Below, in pieces: positions 33,169 through 41,800 of a stretch of 64,000 nt of DNA. Every line of letters begins with the position of its first letter. The first letter of the stretch is position 1. Origin of the DNA: a bacterium (GTDB taxonomy: Bacteria; UBA8248); assembly GCA_965207065.1 (NCBI GenBank), contig OZ242260.1:4352001-4416000 (forward strand). Reading direction: 5' to 3'. Both the position numbers and the translations under genes were made by a program. The notes beneath the pieces are model-generated. The model was not told the origin of the DNA. It searched no databases and saw nothing but the letters and a program-made list of their open reading frames with translations.

Positions 33169-33945
33169 TCACGACAGGCGCACAAATGCGCCTTCGACGA
33201 CCCCGCTCAACCAGGAAACGGGAGGAATTCTCGATAGCAGGGCCTCCGTACCCAACCACAGGCGTGGATGCGCTCCCAGCAATTGCCTGAGTCTTTCCGG
33301 CAAAGGGGTGAAATTCTTCGGCAAGGTGTTCGAATACCATGTCCTGATTGCCCGAAACCCGAACCGGGAAAGGAGGCGACACATTATTATTATAGAATAG
33401 AGCCGGTCGTGAGCGCTCGCCTTGAAAATGTTTCTCGCGATGAACTCCGCATAGCTCCATTCGTTGGGAAGCATCATCACGACGAACAACCCCCCGGGGC
33501 GCAAAATGCGCCGTATTTCCGTGAGTGAGCCGCTCTCGTCTTCCACGTGCTCCAGAACGCCGCAGGACAAAACGACGTCGAACGTCTCATCCTCGAAAGG
33601 AAGCCGAACGGGGTCTTCACCATAAACGACATCGAGTGCATGCTCGCGTAGAAAGGAATTCCAAGGAGAGGGATATTGTGACTCGATGGTATAGGAGACG
33701 ACGTTAAAACCCCGGTTTCTCAGCAAATAAGACATTTGCCCATAGCCGCATCCCCAATCCAGCAATCTGCCGCCATCCAATTTCAGGTCACTCACGATAT
33801 CCGCTTTGCACTGGTAATTGGCGCGTCCCAGCGGCGTGGACAAGTGATTCAGACCGGCGCAGCCTTCGGCCAGCGAACGCTCGACGGCACGGGCGAGGGC
33901 CGCCATCTCTTCGGACTCAGCTCGAGAAGAGCGTTTCTTCCGCAT
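33169..33945 (-). CDS. Class I SAM-dependent methyltransferase
   Basis: LLDWGCGYG, LPFEDETFD and LRPGG. Confidence 0.9.
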   Translation of the reverse strand: MRKKRSSRAESEEMAALARAVERSLAEGCAGLNHLSTPLGRANYQCKADIVSDLKLDGGRLLDWGCGYGQMSYLLRNRGFNVVSYTIESQYPSPWNSFLREHALDVVYGEDPVRLPFEDETFDVVLSCGVLEHVEDESGSLTEIRRILRPGGLFVVMMLPNEWSYAEFIARNIFKASAHDRLYSIIIMCRLLSRFGFRAIRTWYSNTLPKNFTPLPERLRQLLGAHPRLWLGTEALLSRIPPVSWLSGVVEGAFVRLS

Positions 33946-34085
33946 GGAGTGTAGATCCTGTTTTTTCGTGGAGGCAAGATTACTCTAACTCCAGGGCCAC
34001 GTGGAACACAATGCTCGCTTGACACGGGGCCGGTGGTGGGAGAACTTCCGAATAACTTGATCTCCACTTATACGAGGGAAACGCC

Positions 34086-34952
34086 ATGAACGATCGTGGT
34101 GCGCGCCTTCGGGCGCTTCTGGAAGAAAACCGACCCGTTCTCGCTCCCGCCTGCATCGACGCTTTCAGCGCGCGCATGGTGGAGCAGGCGGGGTTCGAGG
34201 TGAACTATCTGACGGGCAACGGCGCCTCGGCGGCGCTCCTCGGCAAGCCCGACGTGGGCTTCATGACGCTGCGCGAGGTGGCTGACGTCTGCCGGAACAT
34301 CGTACAAGCCACTTCCATTCCCCTCATCGCGGACGCCGACACCGGCTACGGCAACGCCGTGAACATGATCCGCACCGTCCGCGAACTCGAATCGGCGGGC
34401 GTCGCCTGCATCCAGATCGAGGATCAGATTACCCCAAAAAGGTGCGGCTTCCTGCCCGGCTCGGTACCCGTCATTTCGCTGGAAGAACAACTCGGCAAGC
34501 TCAAGGCGGCACTCGACGCGCGCGAGAGCGAGGATTTCCTCATCCTCGCCCGCACGGACGCAGCCGCCGATCACGGTCTGGATGAGGCGATCCGCCGGGC
34601 CGTCGCCTATAAGGAAGCCGGAGCCGACCTCACCTTTATCGAGGTGGAAGGCACCGAAGAGGAACTCAGAAAAATCGGAGCGGAAGTCCCCCCGCCCCAC
34701 GTCACCACGCTGGATGAATCGAGGCGCGAGGCGGCACTCAGCGTGGATGAACTCGGAGAACTCGGCTTCGGCGTCATCATCTACCCGGGCATCGTGCGCT
34801 GCACGTATCTCAAAGCGGTGAACGACGTGCTGCGCATCTTGAAAGAAGAAGGCTCTACGCGCTCGGCGCGCGACATGATGGCCACATTTCAGGAATACAA
34901 CGACGCCCTGGGCATCTCGGAAATTCAGACGTGGGAGCGCGAATACCTCTAG
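34086..34952 (+). CDS. Isocitrate lyase/PEP mutase family protein
   Basis: DADTGYG, IEDQ..PKRCG and ARTDA. Confidence 0.92.
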   Translation: MNDRGARLRALLEENRPVLAPACIDAFSARMVEQAGFEVNYLTGNGASAALLGKPDVGFMTLREVADVCRNIVQATSIPLIADADTGYGNAVNMIRTVRELESAGVACIQIEDQITPKRCGFLPGSVPVISLEEQLGKLKAALDARESEDFLILARTDAAADHGLDEAIRRAVAYKEAGADLTFIEVEGTEEELRKIGAEVPPPHVTTLDESRREAALSVDELGELGFGVIIYPGIVRCTYLKAVNDVLRILKEEGSTRSARDMMATFQEYNDALGISEIQTWEREYL

Positions 34953-34983
34953 CGCCTCACCGGCGTCATGCAAGGAGCGTAAG

Positions 34984-35283
34984 ATGATCACCGTAGGGAT
35001 GTATTACGAAGTGCTGCCGGGCAAGGAAAAAGAGTTCGAAGAGAAATTCGAGGCCGTGGCCGGCGCCCTCGAAGGTCAGACCGGCCACGTGCAGAGCCTT
35101 TTGTATCAGCAGGTGAAAAACCCGAATTCCTACACCATCCTCTCGGAGTGGGGCTCCCAGGAAGACTTCATGGCCTTCATCAGGAGCGATGCCTTTCGCG
35201 CCGTCACGGACTGGGGAAAGGCGGAGATTTTAGCGGGAAGACCTCGCCACAAGCTCTATGGCCGCGAGGGCGACCTCCACTAG
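34984..35283 (+). CDS. Antibiotic biosynthesis monooxygenase (ABM) family protein
   Basis: V.PGKEKEFE...Y.ILSEW.S..DF..F..S..F pattern. Confidence 0.8.
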   Translation: MITVGMYYEVLPGKEKEFEEKFEAVAGALEGQTGHVQSLLYQQVKNPNSYTILSEWGSQEDFMAFIRSDAFRAVTDWGKAEILAGRPRHKLYGREGDLH

Positions 35284-35294
35284 AGGGAAATTGA

Positions 35295-36173
35295 ATGCCG
35301 GATATGCTCCCCTGCCCGCCACCGGACCCCCAACCCAGAGCGCCTCGTTTCAAGCTCCCCCCCGGCGCCTGGGATACCCATGGGCACATCTTCGGCCCCG
35401 AGAGCAAATACGCCTACTCCCCCAAAAGGGGCTACACGCCTCCCGACGCCCTGCTCGATGCGTACGAAACCCTCCACCGGACGCTCGGCGTAGAGGGCGG
35501 CGTTCTCACCCAGCCGAGCGTCTACGGTGTCGACAACACCGCCATGCTCGACGCCATGGCCCACTCGGGCGGGCGGCTCATGGGCGTGGCCTCCGTGGAC
35601 AAGGAGGTGAACGAGGCGGAATTGACGCGCCTCCACGACGCGGGCGTTCGCGGCTTGCGGATCAACCTGGCGGACAAGGGCGGGAATCCCTTCGACTCGT
35701 TCGCAGACGTTCAGGCGATGGGCGAGCGCATCGCGGACATGGGCTGGCACATGGAGTTTCTGATCCACGTGCATGAATTCCCAGAACTCAGGAAAACCTT
35801 CTCCTCCCTGCCCGTCCACAGCGTTTTCGGGCACATGGGATACGTACCGGCGGGCGAGGGTCTGGGCCCTCTCCAGGAATTCATGGACTTGCTCAAAGAA
35901 GGACGAACGTGGGTGAAACTCACGGGCGCCTACCGCATCACGGGCCTCGAGCGGACGCCCTATACAGACGTAGACCTCATCGCCAGCACCCTCATCGAAA
36001 CGGCGCCCGAACGCGTCATATGGGGCACGGACTGGCCGCATCCCGTCTGCAAGATACCGATGCCCAACGACGGCGACTTGCTGGATCAACTGTTCGACTG
36101 GGCGCCTGATGAAAACATCCGCAAAAAGATTCTCGTGGAAAACCCCTTGAAACTGCTCGGGCTTGAAAGATAG
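35295..36173 (+). CDS. Amidohydrolase_2 (LigI/PDC lactonase-like)
   Basis: DTHGHIFGP, QPSVYG.DN and WGTDWPHP. Confidence 0.88.
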   Translation: MPDMLPCPPPDPQPRAPRFKLPPGAWDTHGHIFGPESKYAYSPKRGYTPPDALLDAYETLHRTLGVEGGVLTQPSVYGVDNTAMLDAMAHSGGRLMGVASVDKEVNEAELTRLHDAGVRGLRINLADKGGNPFDSFADVQAMGERIADMGWHMEFLIHVHEFPELRKTFSSLPVHSVFGHMGYVPAGEGLGPLQEFMDLLKEGRTWVKLTGAYRITGLERTPYTDVDLIASTLIETAPERVIWGTDWPHPVCKIPMPNDGDLLDQLFDWAPDENIRKKILVENPLKLLGLER

Positions 36174-36181
36174 GAGAGAAA

Positions 36182-37087
36182 ATGGCGCGCAAGGCAACGA
36201 AAAAAATCGCATTCCTGGGTTTGGGCCGCATGGGCGGATTAATGACGAAACACCAGGTCGATGCCGGCTTTCCCGTCACGGGCTACGACCCCGTGCCCAA
36301 AGCCGTCGCGGCGGCCAAGAAAAACGGAGCCAAAACCGCCAGAACCGTCGCAGCGGCGGTGAAGGGCGCCGATGTGGTGTGCAGTTCGCTCCCCTCTCCC
36401 GCCGTCGTCAGAAGCGTATACCTGGGACCCAAGGGCGTGATCGAGACGGCGCGCCGCGGCGCGGTCTGCTTTGAGCTTTCGACGAGCACCGTCAGCCTGG
36501 CGAAGGAGATCGCCGAGGCGGCGAAGAAAAAGGGAATCGCCTTTCTGGACGCGCCCGTGAGCGGGAGCATTCCGCACCTGGAACGCAAGGAAGTCGCCGC
36601 CATCGTGGGCGGAGACCAGGCCGCACTCAAAGAACACCGCGACGTGCTCGACGCCTTCAGCAAATCCATCACCTACATGGGAAAATCCGGAAACGGCCTG
36701 ATCATGAAACTGGTGACCAACCACATCCTGAACATCCAGCATTCCGGCATGGCCGAGGGTCTCGCTTTCGGTATGAAGGCGGGACTGACTGCCCCCAAGA
36801 TGATGAAATTTTTGCAGGGAAGCGTGATTCCCCTGCTCATCCACTACAAGGGTACTACGATGGCGGCGCGCGATTATTCCGACGTCATCGCGAACCTGGG
36901 GATAAGCTTCAAGGATTTGGGACTCAGCATCAACGAGGCGAACGATCTGGGCGCCCCCGTTCCCCTGGGCGCCGCCGCGCGCCAGCAATACACCTCCGCC
37001 ATGGCGTTAGGCCTCGAAGATGCGGATTTCAACGCCGTTTTCGAGTCGTTCCTGAACGCCATGGGCACGAAGCCGAAGAGAAAATAA
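36182..37087 (+). CDS. 3-hydroxyisobutyrate dehydrogenase-family oxidoreductase (copy 1)
   Basis: GLGRMG, DAPVSG and MKLVTN. Confidence 0.9.
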   Translation: MARKATKKIAFLGLGRMGGLMTKHQVDAGFPVTGYDPVPKAVAAAKKNGAKTARTVAAAVKGADVVCSSLPSPAVVRSVYLGPKGVIETARRGAVCFELSTSTVSLAKEIAEAAKKKGIAFLDAPVSGSIPHLERKEVAAIVGGDQAALKEHRDVLDAFSKSITYMGKSGNGLIMKLVTNHILNIQHSGMAEGLAFGMKAGLTAPKMMKFLQGSVIPLLIHYKGTTMAARDYSDVIANLGISFKDLGLSINEANDLGAPVPLGAAARQQYTSAMALGLEDADFNAVFESFLNAMGTKPKRK

Positions 37088-37216
37088 TTTTACAGGGGCA
37101 AGCGGAGGTAGGCGCTCGCGTCCGAAGACGCCTCATTCGATTTTTGAGAGAAGGCCCCAACGTTCTCAACCATTATCGTAGAACGATGGCGCAAGAAACT
37201 TCAGGAGTCTGAAGGT

Positions 37217-38122
37217 ATGGCGCGCAAGGCAAAGAAGAAGATCGCATTTCTCGGCCTGGGCCGCATGGGCGGACTGATGGCGAAACACCTGGTTGACGCT
37301 GGCTTCGACGTCACCGGTTACGACCCTGAACCAAAGGCCGTCGCGACGGCAAAGAGGAACGGCGCGAAAATCGCGAAAACAGTTGCGGCGACCGTCACAG
37401 GCGCGGAAGTGGTGTGCAGTTCGCTTCCCAAAACCGATATCGTGAGGAACGTCTACCTGGGCAAAGGCGGCGCGCTCAAGGCCATGCGGCGGGGCGCGGT
37501 CTGTTTCGATCTTTCGACGAGCAGCGTCGCCCTGGCGAAAGAGATCGCCGCTGAAGCCAAGAAGAAAGGAATCGCCTTCCTGGACGCTCCCGTGCTCGGA
37601 AGCGTTCCGCACCTGGAGCAAAAGGGAGTCTCTGCCATCGTGGGCGGAGACGAGTCCGCTCTCAAGGAACACCGCGACGTGCTCGACGCTTTCAGCAAGT
37701 CGGTCACCTATATGGGGAAATCCGGAAACGGCCTGCTCATGAAGCTGGTGTCGAACCACATCATCTTTATTCAGCACGCCGGCATGGCCGAAGGCCTGGC
37801 GTTCGGGGTGAAGGCGGGTCTCACGGCCCGGAAAATGATGAAATTCCTGCAAGGGAGCGTGATTCCGGACCTGATCCACTACAAAGGCCCAGAGATGGCG
37901 GCGCGCGATTATTCCAACGTCATCGGGCACCTGGGGCTGAGTTACAAGGATATGGGTATCAGCGTCAACGAGGCGAACGATTTGGGCGTCCCTGTCCCTA
38001 TTGGCGCCGCCGCGCGACAGCAACACACCTCCGCCATGGCGCTCGGTTTCGAGCACGCGGACTTGAACGCGGTTTTCGAGGCTTTCCTGAACGCCATGGG
38101 AATGAAGCCGATGAGAATATAA
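37217..38122 (+). CDS. 3-hydroxyisobutyrate dehydrogenase-family oxidoreductase (copy 2)
   Basis: GLGRMG, DAPVLG and MKLVSN; close paralogue of copy 1. Confidence 0.9.
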   Translation: MARKAKKKIAFLGLGRMGGLMAKHLVDAGFDVTGYDPEPKAVATAKRNGAKIAKTVAATVTGAEVVCSSLPKTDIVRNVYLGKGGALKAMRRGAVCFDLSTSSVALAKEIAAEAKKKGIAFLDAPVLGSVPHLEQKGVSAIVGGDESALKEHRDVLDAFSKSVTYMGKSGNGLLMKLVSNHIIFIQHAGMAEGLAFGVKAGLTARKMMKFLQGSVIPDLIHYKGPEMAARDYSNVIGHLGLSYKDMGISVNEANDLGVPVPIGAAARQQHTSAMALGFEHADLNAVFEAFLNAMGMKPMRI

Positions 38123-38255
38123 TTTTCATAGGGGCAGTACAGGTATCCCCATACGAGGCGGGAGAAGCCCCTCCTTTTTTTTACGGGATTGGCCTGTCCA
38201 CCGATTCGCAAGCGCGGGCGTCGCGAGACGCCTTATTCAACAGGAGTGATGAGAA

Positions 38256-39134
38256 ATGGCGAAAGTGGTTGCTTTTCTGGGTCTCGGCAACATGGGTTCG
38301 GGCATGTCGGACAATCTGGTGAAGGCGGGTTTCGAAGTCCGGGGCTTCGACCCCGTCCCCGCCGCGCGCGAGCGGGCGGCCTCGGCTGGTCTCGCAGTCT
38401 TCGAGACGGCGGCGGAAGCCGCTACGGGCGCAGAGGTCATCTGCAGTTCGGTGCCCGAAGTCGAGCACGCGATAGAAGCCTATCTGGGTGAGACCGGTGC
38501 GCTCACCACTGCTGCCGATGGCGCGGTCTGCTTCGACCTGTCGACACTGACGGTCGAGGGCAGCCAGGAACTCGCCGGGGAGGCGAAAAAACTAGGCGTC
38601 CAGTTTCTCGACACCCCCGTGAGCGGGAGCGTGCCCCACGCGAGGGCGGGAACCTTGGCCATCATGGTGGGGGGCGATGAAGCTTCGCTCGAGGCCCACC
38701 GCGACGTTCTGGAGGCCTTCAGCGCCTCGATCCACTACTTCGGCGCGAACGGGGCGGGCCTCCAGATGAAGCTGGTGACGAATCACATCTTTGCGATCCA
38801 TATCTCCGCCATCGCCGAGGCGCTGACCATGGGGACGAAGGGGGGCCTGGACCCCGAGCTGATGGTCGAGTTCCTGAAGGCGAGCGTGATCCCGAAAATT
38901 CTCGAGTACAAGGCCTCACCCATGATTGCCAAGAACTACACGCCCACGTTCACGATAAACCTGATGCTCAAGGATCTGCGCATCATCGCTGCGATGGCCG
39001 ACGGCATCGGGACGCCGATCCCGCTGGGGACGATGGCGCGGCAGGTCTATATGAGCGCGGCCGCCCTGGGCCACGGGGACGCGGACCAGAACGCCATTTT
39101 AGAGTTTTTTGAAAAAGGTGCTGGGATGGATTAG
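38256..39134 (+). CDS. 3-hydroxyisobutyrate dehydrogenase-family oxidoreductase (copy 3)
   Basis: GLGNMG, DTPVSG and MKLVTN. Confidence 0.9.
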   Translation: MAKVVAFLGLGNMGSGMSDNLVKAGFEVRGFDPVPAARERAASAGLAVFETAAEAATGAEVICSSVPEVEHAIEAYLGETGALTTAADGAVCFDLSTLTVEGSQELAGEAKKLGVQFLDTPVSGSVPHARAGTLAIMVGGDEASLEAHRDVLEAFSASIHYFGANGAGLQMKLVTNHIFAIHISAIAEALTMGTKGGLDPELMVEFLKASVIPKILEYKASPMIAKNYTPTFTINLMLKDLRIIAAMADGIGTPIPLGTMARQVYMSAAALGHGDADQNAILEFFEKGAGMD

Positions 39135-39405
39135 CGCTTCGAGTGAGCGTTTGTCGTGCAGTCGGCTCCAGAGGCTATTGCAAGCGCAGCGCTCTCCCGG
39201 CATGGCGCTTGGGCGAATTCTTCGGGATAATGACTCGATTATCATGTTTGAAGAGATGGACTTGCTATTCTTGAGTAAATTAGTTTAGTATTCGAAAGAA
39301 TTATGGACGGGCGCTGCGCGCTCTTTCATTCCGACAACTTACGCGATACGATTCTCCAATCCATATCCCTTTTCAGCGAACGCTGGCAGCAAAGGAGATC
39401 AAGAA

Positions 39406-40605
39406 ATGTCAAAGACAGGACGGGACCTGCTCGAGGCCGCGCGGGGCGATGTTCCTGAGATCACGGCGGAAGAAGTGAAGACCGCTATCGATTCGGGCGC
39501 CGAGGTGGCGCTCATCGACGTGCGCGAACCCGACGAGTTCCGGGGCGGCTACCTGCCGGGCGCCGAGCACGTGAGCCGCGGATTCCTGGAACTCAAGATC
39601 GAACAGGTCGTTCCCGATAGGACGACGCCCATCGTCGCTTACTGCGCGGGCGGCGTGCGCTCGCTGCTCGCGGGCCAGGCGCTGCAATCCATGGGCTATC
39701 AGAACGTGAAATCCATGGCCGGCGGATACGGGAAGTGGAAAGACCTGGCCTTTCCCGTGCAAGTGGACAAGCAGATGAGCGCCGAGCAGTTAAACCGCTA
39801 CAGCCGCCACTTCCTGCTCTCCCAGATCGGGGAAAAAGGCCAGTCCAAACTCCTGGACGCCAAGGTCGTCCTGATAGGCGCGGGAGGTCTGGGCTCTCCC
39901 ACCGGTCTTTACCTGACCGCCATGGGGGTGGGCAACATCGGCATCGTGGACCTGGACGTCGTGGACATGAGCAACCTGCAGCGCCAGATCGTCCACACGA
40001 ACGACCGCGTGGGAATCTCCAAGGTCGAGAGCGCGACAGCTACCCTCACCGCGCTGAACCCGGACGTGAACGTCATCGCGCACGAAGATAGAATCAACCG
40101 CGACAACGCGCTCGACATCCTCAAAGACTACGACGTCATCGTGAACGGGGCGGACAACTTCCCGACGCGCTACCTCGTGAACGACGCGGCGGTATTTCTC
40201 GGGAAACCCATCGTCGACGCCTCCATCTTCAAGTTCGAGGGCCAGGCCACCGTCTATCATCCCGGAGAGGGCGGCCCCTGCTACCGCTGCCTCTACCCCG
40301 AACCGCCGCCACCCGGCATGGTGCCCTCCTGTCAGGACGCAGGCGTGCTCGGCGCGCTTTGCGGCACCATGGGATCCATCCAGGCGACGGAGACGGCCAA
40401 ACTCATCGTTGGCTTCGGCGAACCGCTGATCGGCAAGCTGCTGATGTACGACGCGCTCAAGTCGCAGTTCAGGACGCTCAAGATCAGGCGCGACCCCGCC
40501 TGCCCGGTGTGCGGAGACAGCCCCTCCATCACCGAGCTCATCGACTATGAGTTCTTCTGCGGCCTCACGGAAGCACCCGCCGGCGGCGCCGCCAACGGTC
40601 ATTGA
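39406..40605 (+). CDS. moeB: Rhodanese-MoeB/ThiF adenylyltransferase (MoeZ-like)
   Basis: N-terminal rhodanese (DVREPDE, YCAGGVRS), RYSRH, GAGGLG, SNLQRQ and two CxxC. Confidence 0.9.
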   Translation: MSKTGRDLLEAARGDVPEITAEEVKTAIDSGAEVALIDVREPDEFRGGYLPGAEHVSRGFLELKIEQVVPDRTTPIVAYCAGGVRSLLAGQALQSMGYQNVKSMAGGYGKWKDLAFPVQVDKQMSAEQLNRYSRHFLLSQIGEKGQSKLLDAKVVLIGAGGLGSPTGLYLTAMGVGNIGIVDLDVVDMSNLQRQIVHTNDRVGISKVESATATLTALNPDVNVIAHEDRINRDNALDILKDYDVIVNGADNFPTRYLVNDAAVFLGKPIVDASIFKFEGQATVYHPGEGGPCYRCLYPEPPPPGMVPSCQDAGVLGALCGTMGSIQATETAKLIVGFGEPLIGKLLMYDALKSQFRTLKIRRDPACPVCGDSPSITELIDYEFFCGLTEAPAGGAANGH

Positions 40606-40666
40606 TGGGAACTAAACAGGCCGTCAAGCAGATATAGGGAATCAACGAAAGCCGAACCATAATACA

Positions 40667-40697
40667 CCCCCGGGGCGAAATGTTCCGGGGGTTTTTC
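40667..40697 (+). terminator. Rho-independent terminator after moeB
   Basis: CCCCCGGGGC-GAAAT-GTTCCGGGGG followed by TTTTT. Confidence 0.8.
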
Positions 40698-40714
40698 TAA
40701 GTCCTACATGAAAA

Positions 40715-40757
40715 TCAAAAAATATTTCTTGCAAAACAATAATTTTTGACTTATAGT
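40715..40757 (+). promoter_or_regulatory. Sigma70-like promoter of the RT cassette with flanking inverted repeat
   Basis: TTGCAA (40729-34), 17 bp, TATAGT (40752-57); inverted repeat 40715-26/40738-49 (11 of 12 bp). Confidence 0.6.
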
Positions 40758-40763
40758 TAGAAA

Positions 40764-41455
40764 AGATGTGGCAGGGTGATTCGCCCTGTATGTTCTTTGA
40801 CAATCCATCTTCGGGTATGGTGTTTAGGCCTACCATCTGACGCCTCTCCAAGCGTTCGTTTTTCTGGGTGCTTGCTCTTGAAATTTAGGCAATGCCTAAA
40901 ATCCAGTGTAAAACTCCGAACACTGTGATTACCCGTTTTATGCAGCCTGAGACATATCGATGCTTCAGCCCTTTCTTGGGGAGCATCGGTTCTTTGGTCA
41001 GTAAGCATTTGAAAATGAAGTATGCATATAACGGGCGTTCGCTCTATTGATGGACATTATAGGCGGGCTAACGAATGAGGGGTCTTAAGGGAGACTCCGC
41101 CAGTTTCTAGTCGAGAACAGAGGAGGTGAACAGATGAAAATAACTTAAGCACCAATAAATTCCGCCCGCCTGATTTATCCACAGAATAGGAAAATAAAAA
41201 AATGGATAAAAATCGAAACTCGAAGATGGGCCTTGAGAGGGCCGCAAAAGACATTATCAAAGTCGGTTACAAACTTCTTCGACAACAAAGCGACCCTCTC
41301 ATGGCGGGGACTTCAAAAGTAGTTCGTCGCCGACTCAAGCAGTTGGAACGTCAGCTACAAAATAAGCGAGTTCCACTTCCACAAAAAGAATTGGACAAAA
41401 TCGCTACAGAAGTCGCTGACACGATTAGCTGTCTTATGAAGTCCCTCATTCGTTA
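40764..41455 (+). ncRNA. Putative retron msr/msd-containing structured (hybrid) RNA overlapping the small ORF
   Basis: Many stems, e.g. 40884-40900, 40932-44/41023-35, 40958-88, 41061-68/41164-71, 41069-81/41443-55, 41230-45/41290-305 and 41306-15/41437-46; lies upstream of a retron RT. Boundaries inferred. Confidence 0.6.
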
Positions 41456-41522
41456 CTTATTTTCCGCAATCCACCATTGCGAGTTATTCATAGTATGGAA
41501 ACTAAAATTGGCAACACATTAA
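41202..41522 (+). CDS. Small orphan protein, putative retron effector
   Basis: 106 aa, basic and helical with hydrophobic C-terminus; AGGA SD; overlaps the HTH start by 28 nt. Confidence 0.55.
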   Translation: MDKNRNSKMGLERAAKDIIKVGYKLLRQQSDPLMAGTSKVVRRRLKQLERQLQNKRVPLPQKELDKIATEVADTISCLMKSLIRYLFSAIHHCELFIVWKLKLATH

Positions 41523-41800
41523 AAGTATTAAGGGTGGCTGCAGGCATAAACCAAGCGACCATGGCAAAAAGGCTAGAAATTACCCAAAATTATTTATCAC
41601 TTGTCGAAAATAACCACAAAGAACCAAGTCTCTCTTTTCTAAAAAAGTTCGCCGGCAATTTTGACATTCCCCTCGGGTATTTTTTGTGGCTCGCATTGGA
41701 TAAACAAGAAAATAACGAGGAAGAAGAGTTACGTGAAAAAATGGACTTGTTGCTAGAGCAAATATTGGTAGGCAGAAGAAAAAAAAATGCCTGGAAATAA
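41495..41800 (+). CDS. XRE/Cro-C1 family HTH protein (retron-associated)
   Basis: IGNTLKVLR..AGINQ..MA..L.ITQNYLS.VENN.KEPSL..L; ATG 41495. Confidence 0.9.
   Translation: METKIGNTLKVLRVAAGINQATMAKRLEITQNYLSLVENNHKEPSLSFLKKFAGNFDIPLGYFLWLALDKQENNEEEELREKMDLLLEQILVGRRKKNAWK

Noticed and set aside
40757-41008. 83-aa minus-strand ORF in the retron leader
   Set aside because: No RBS or family features; the region is better explained as structured plus-strand RNA
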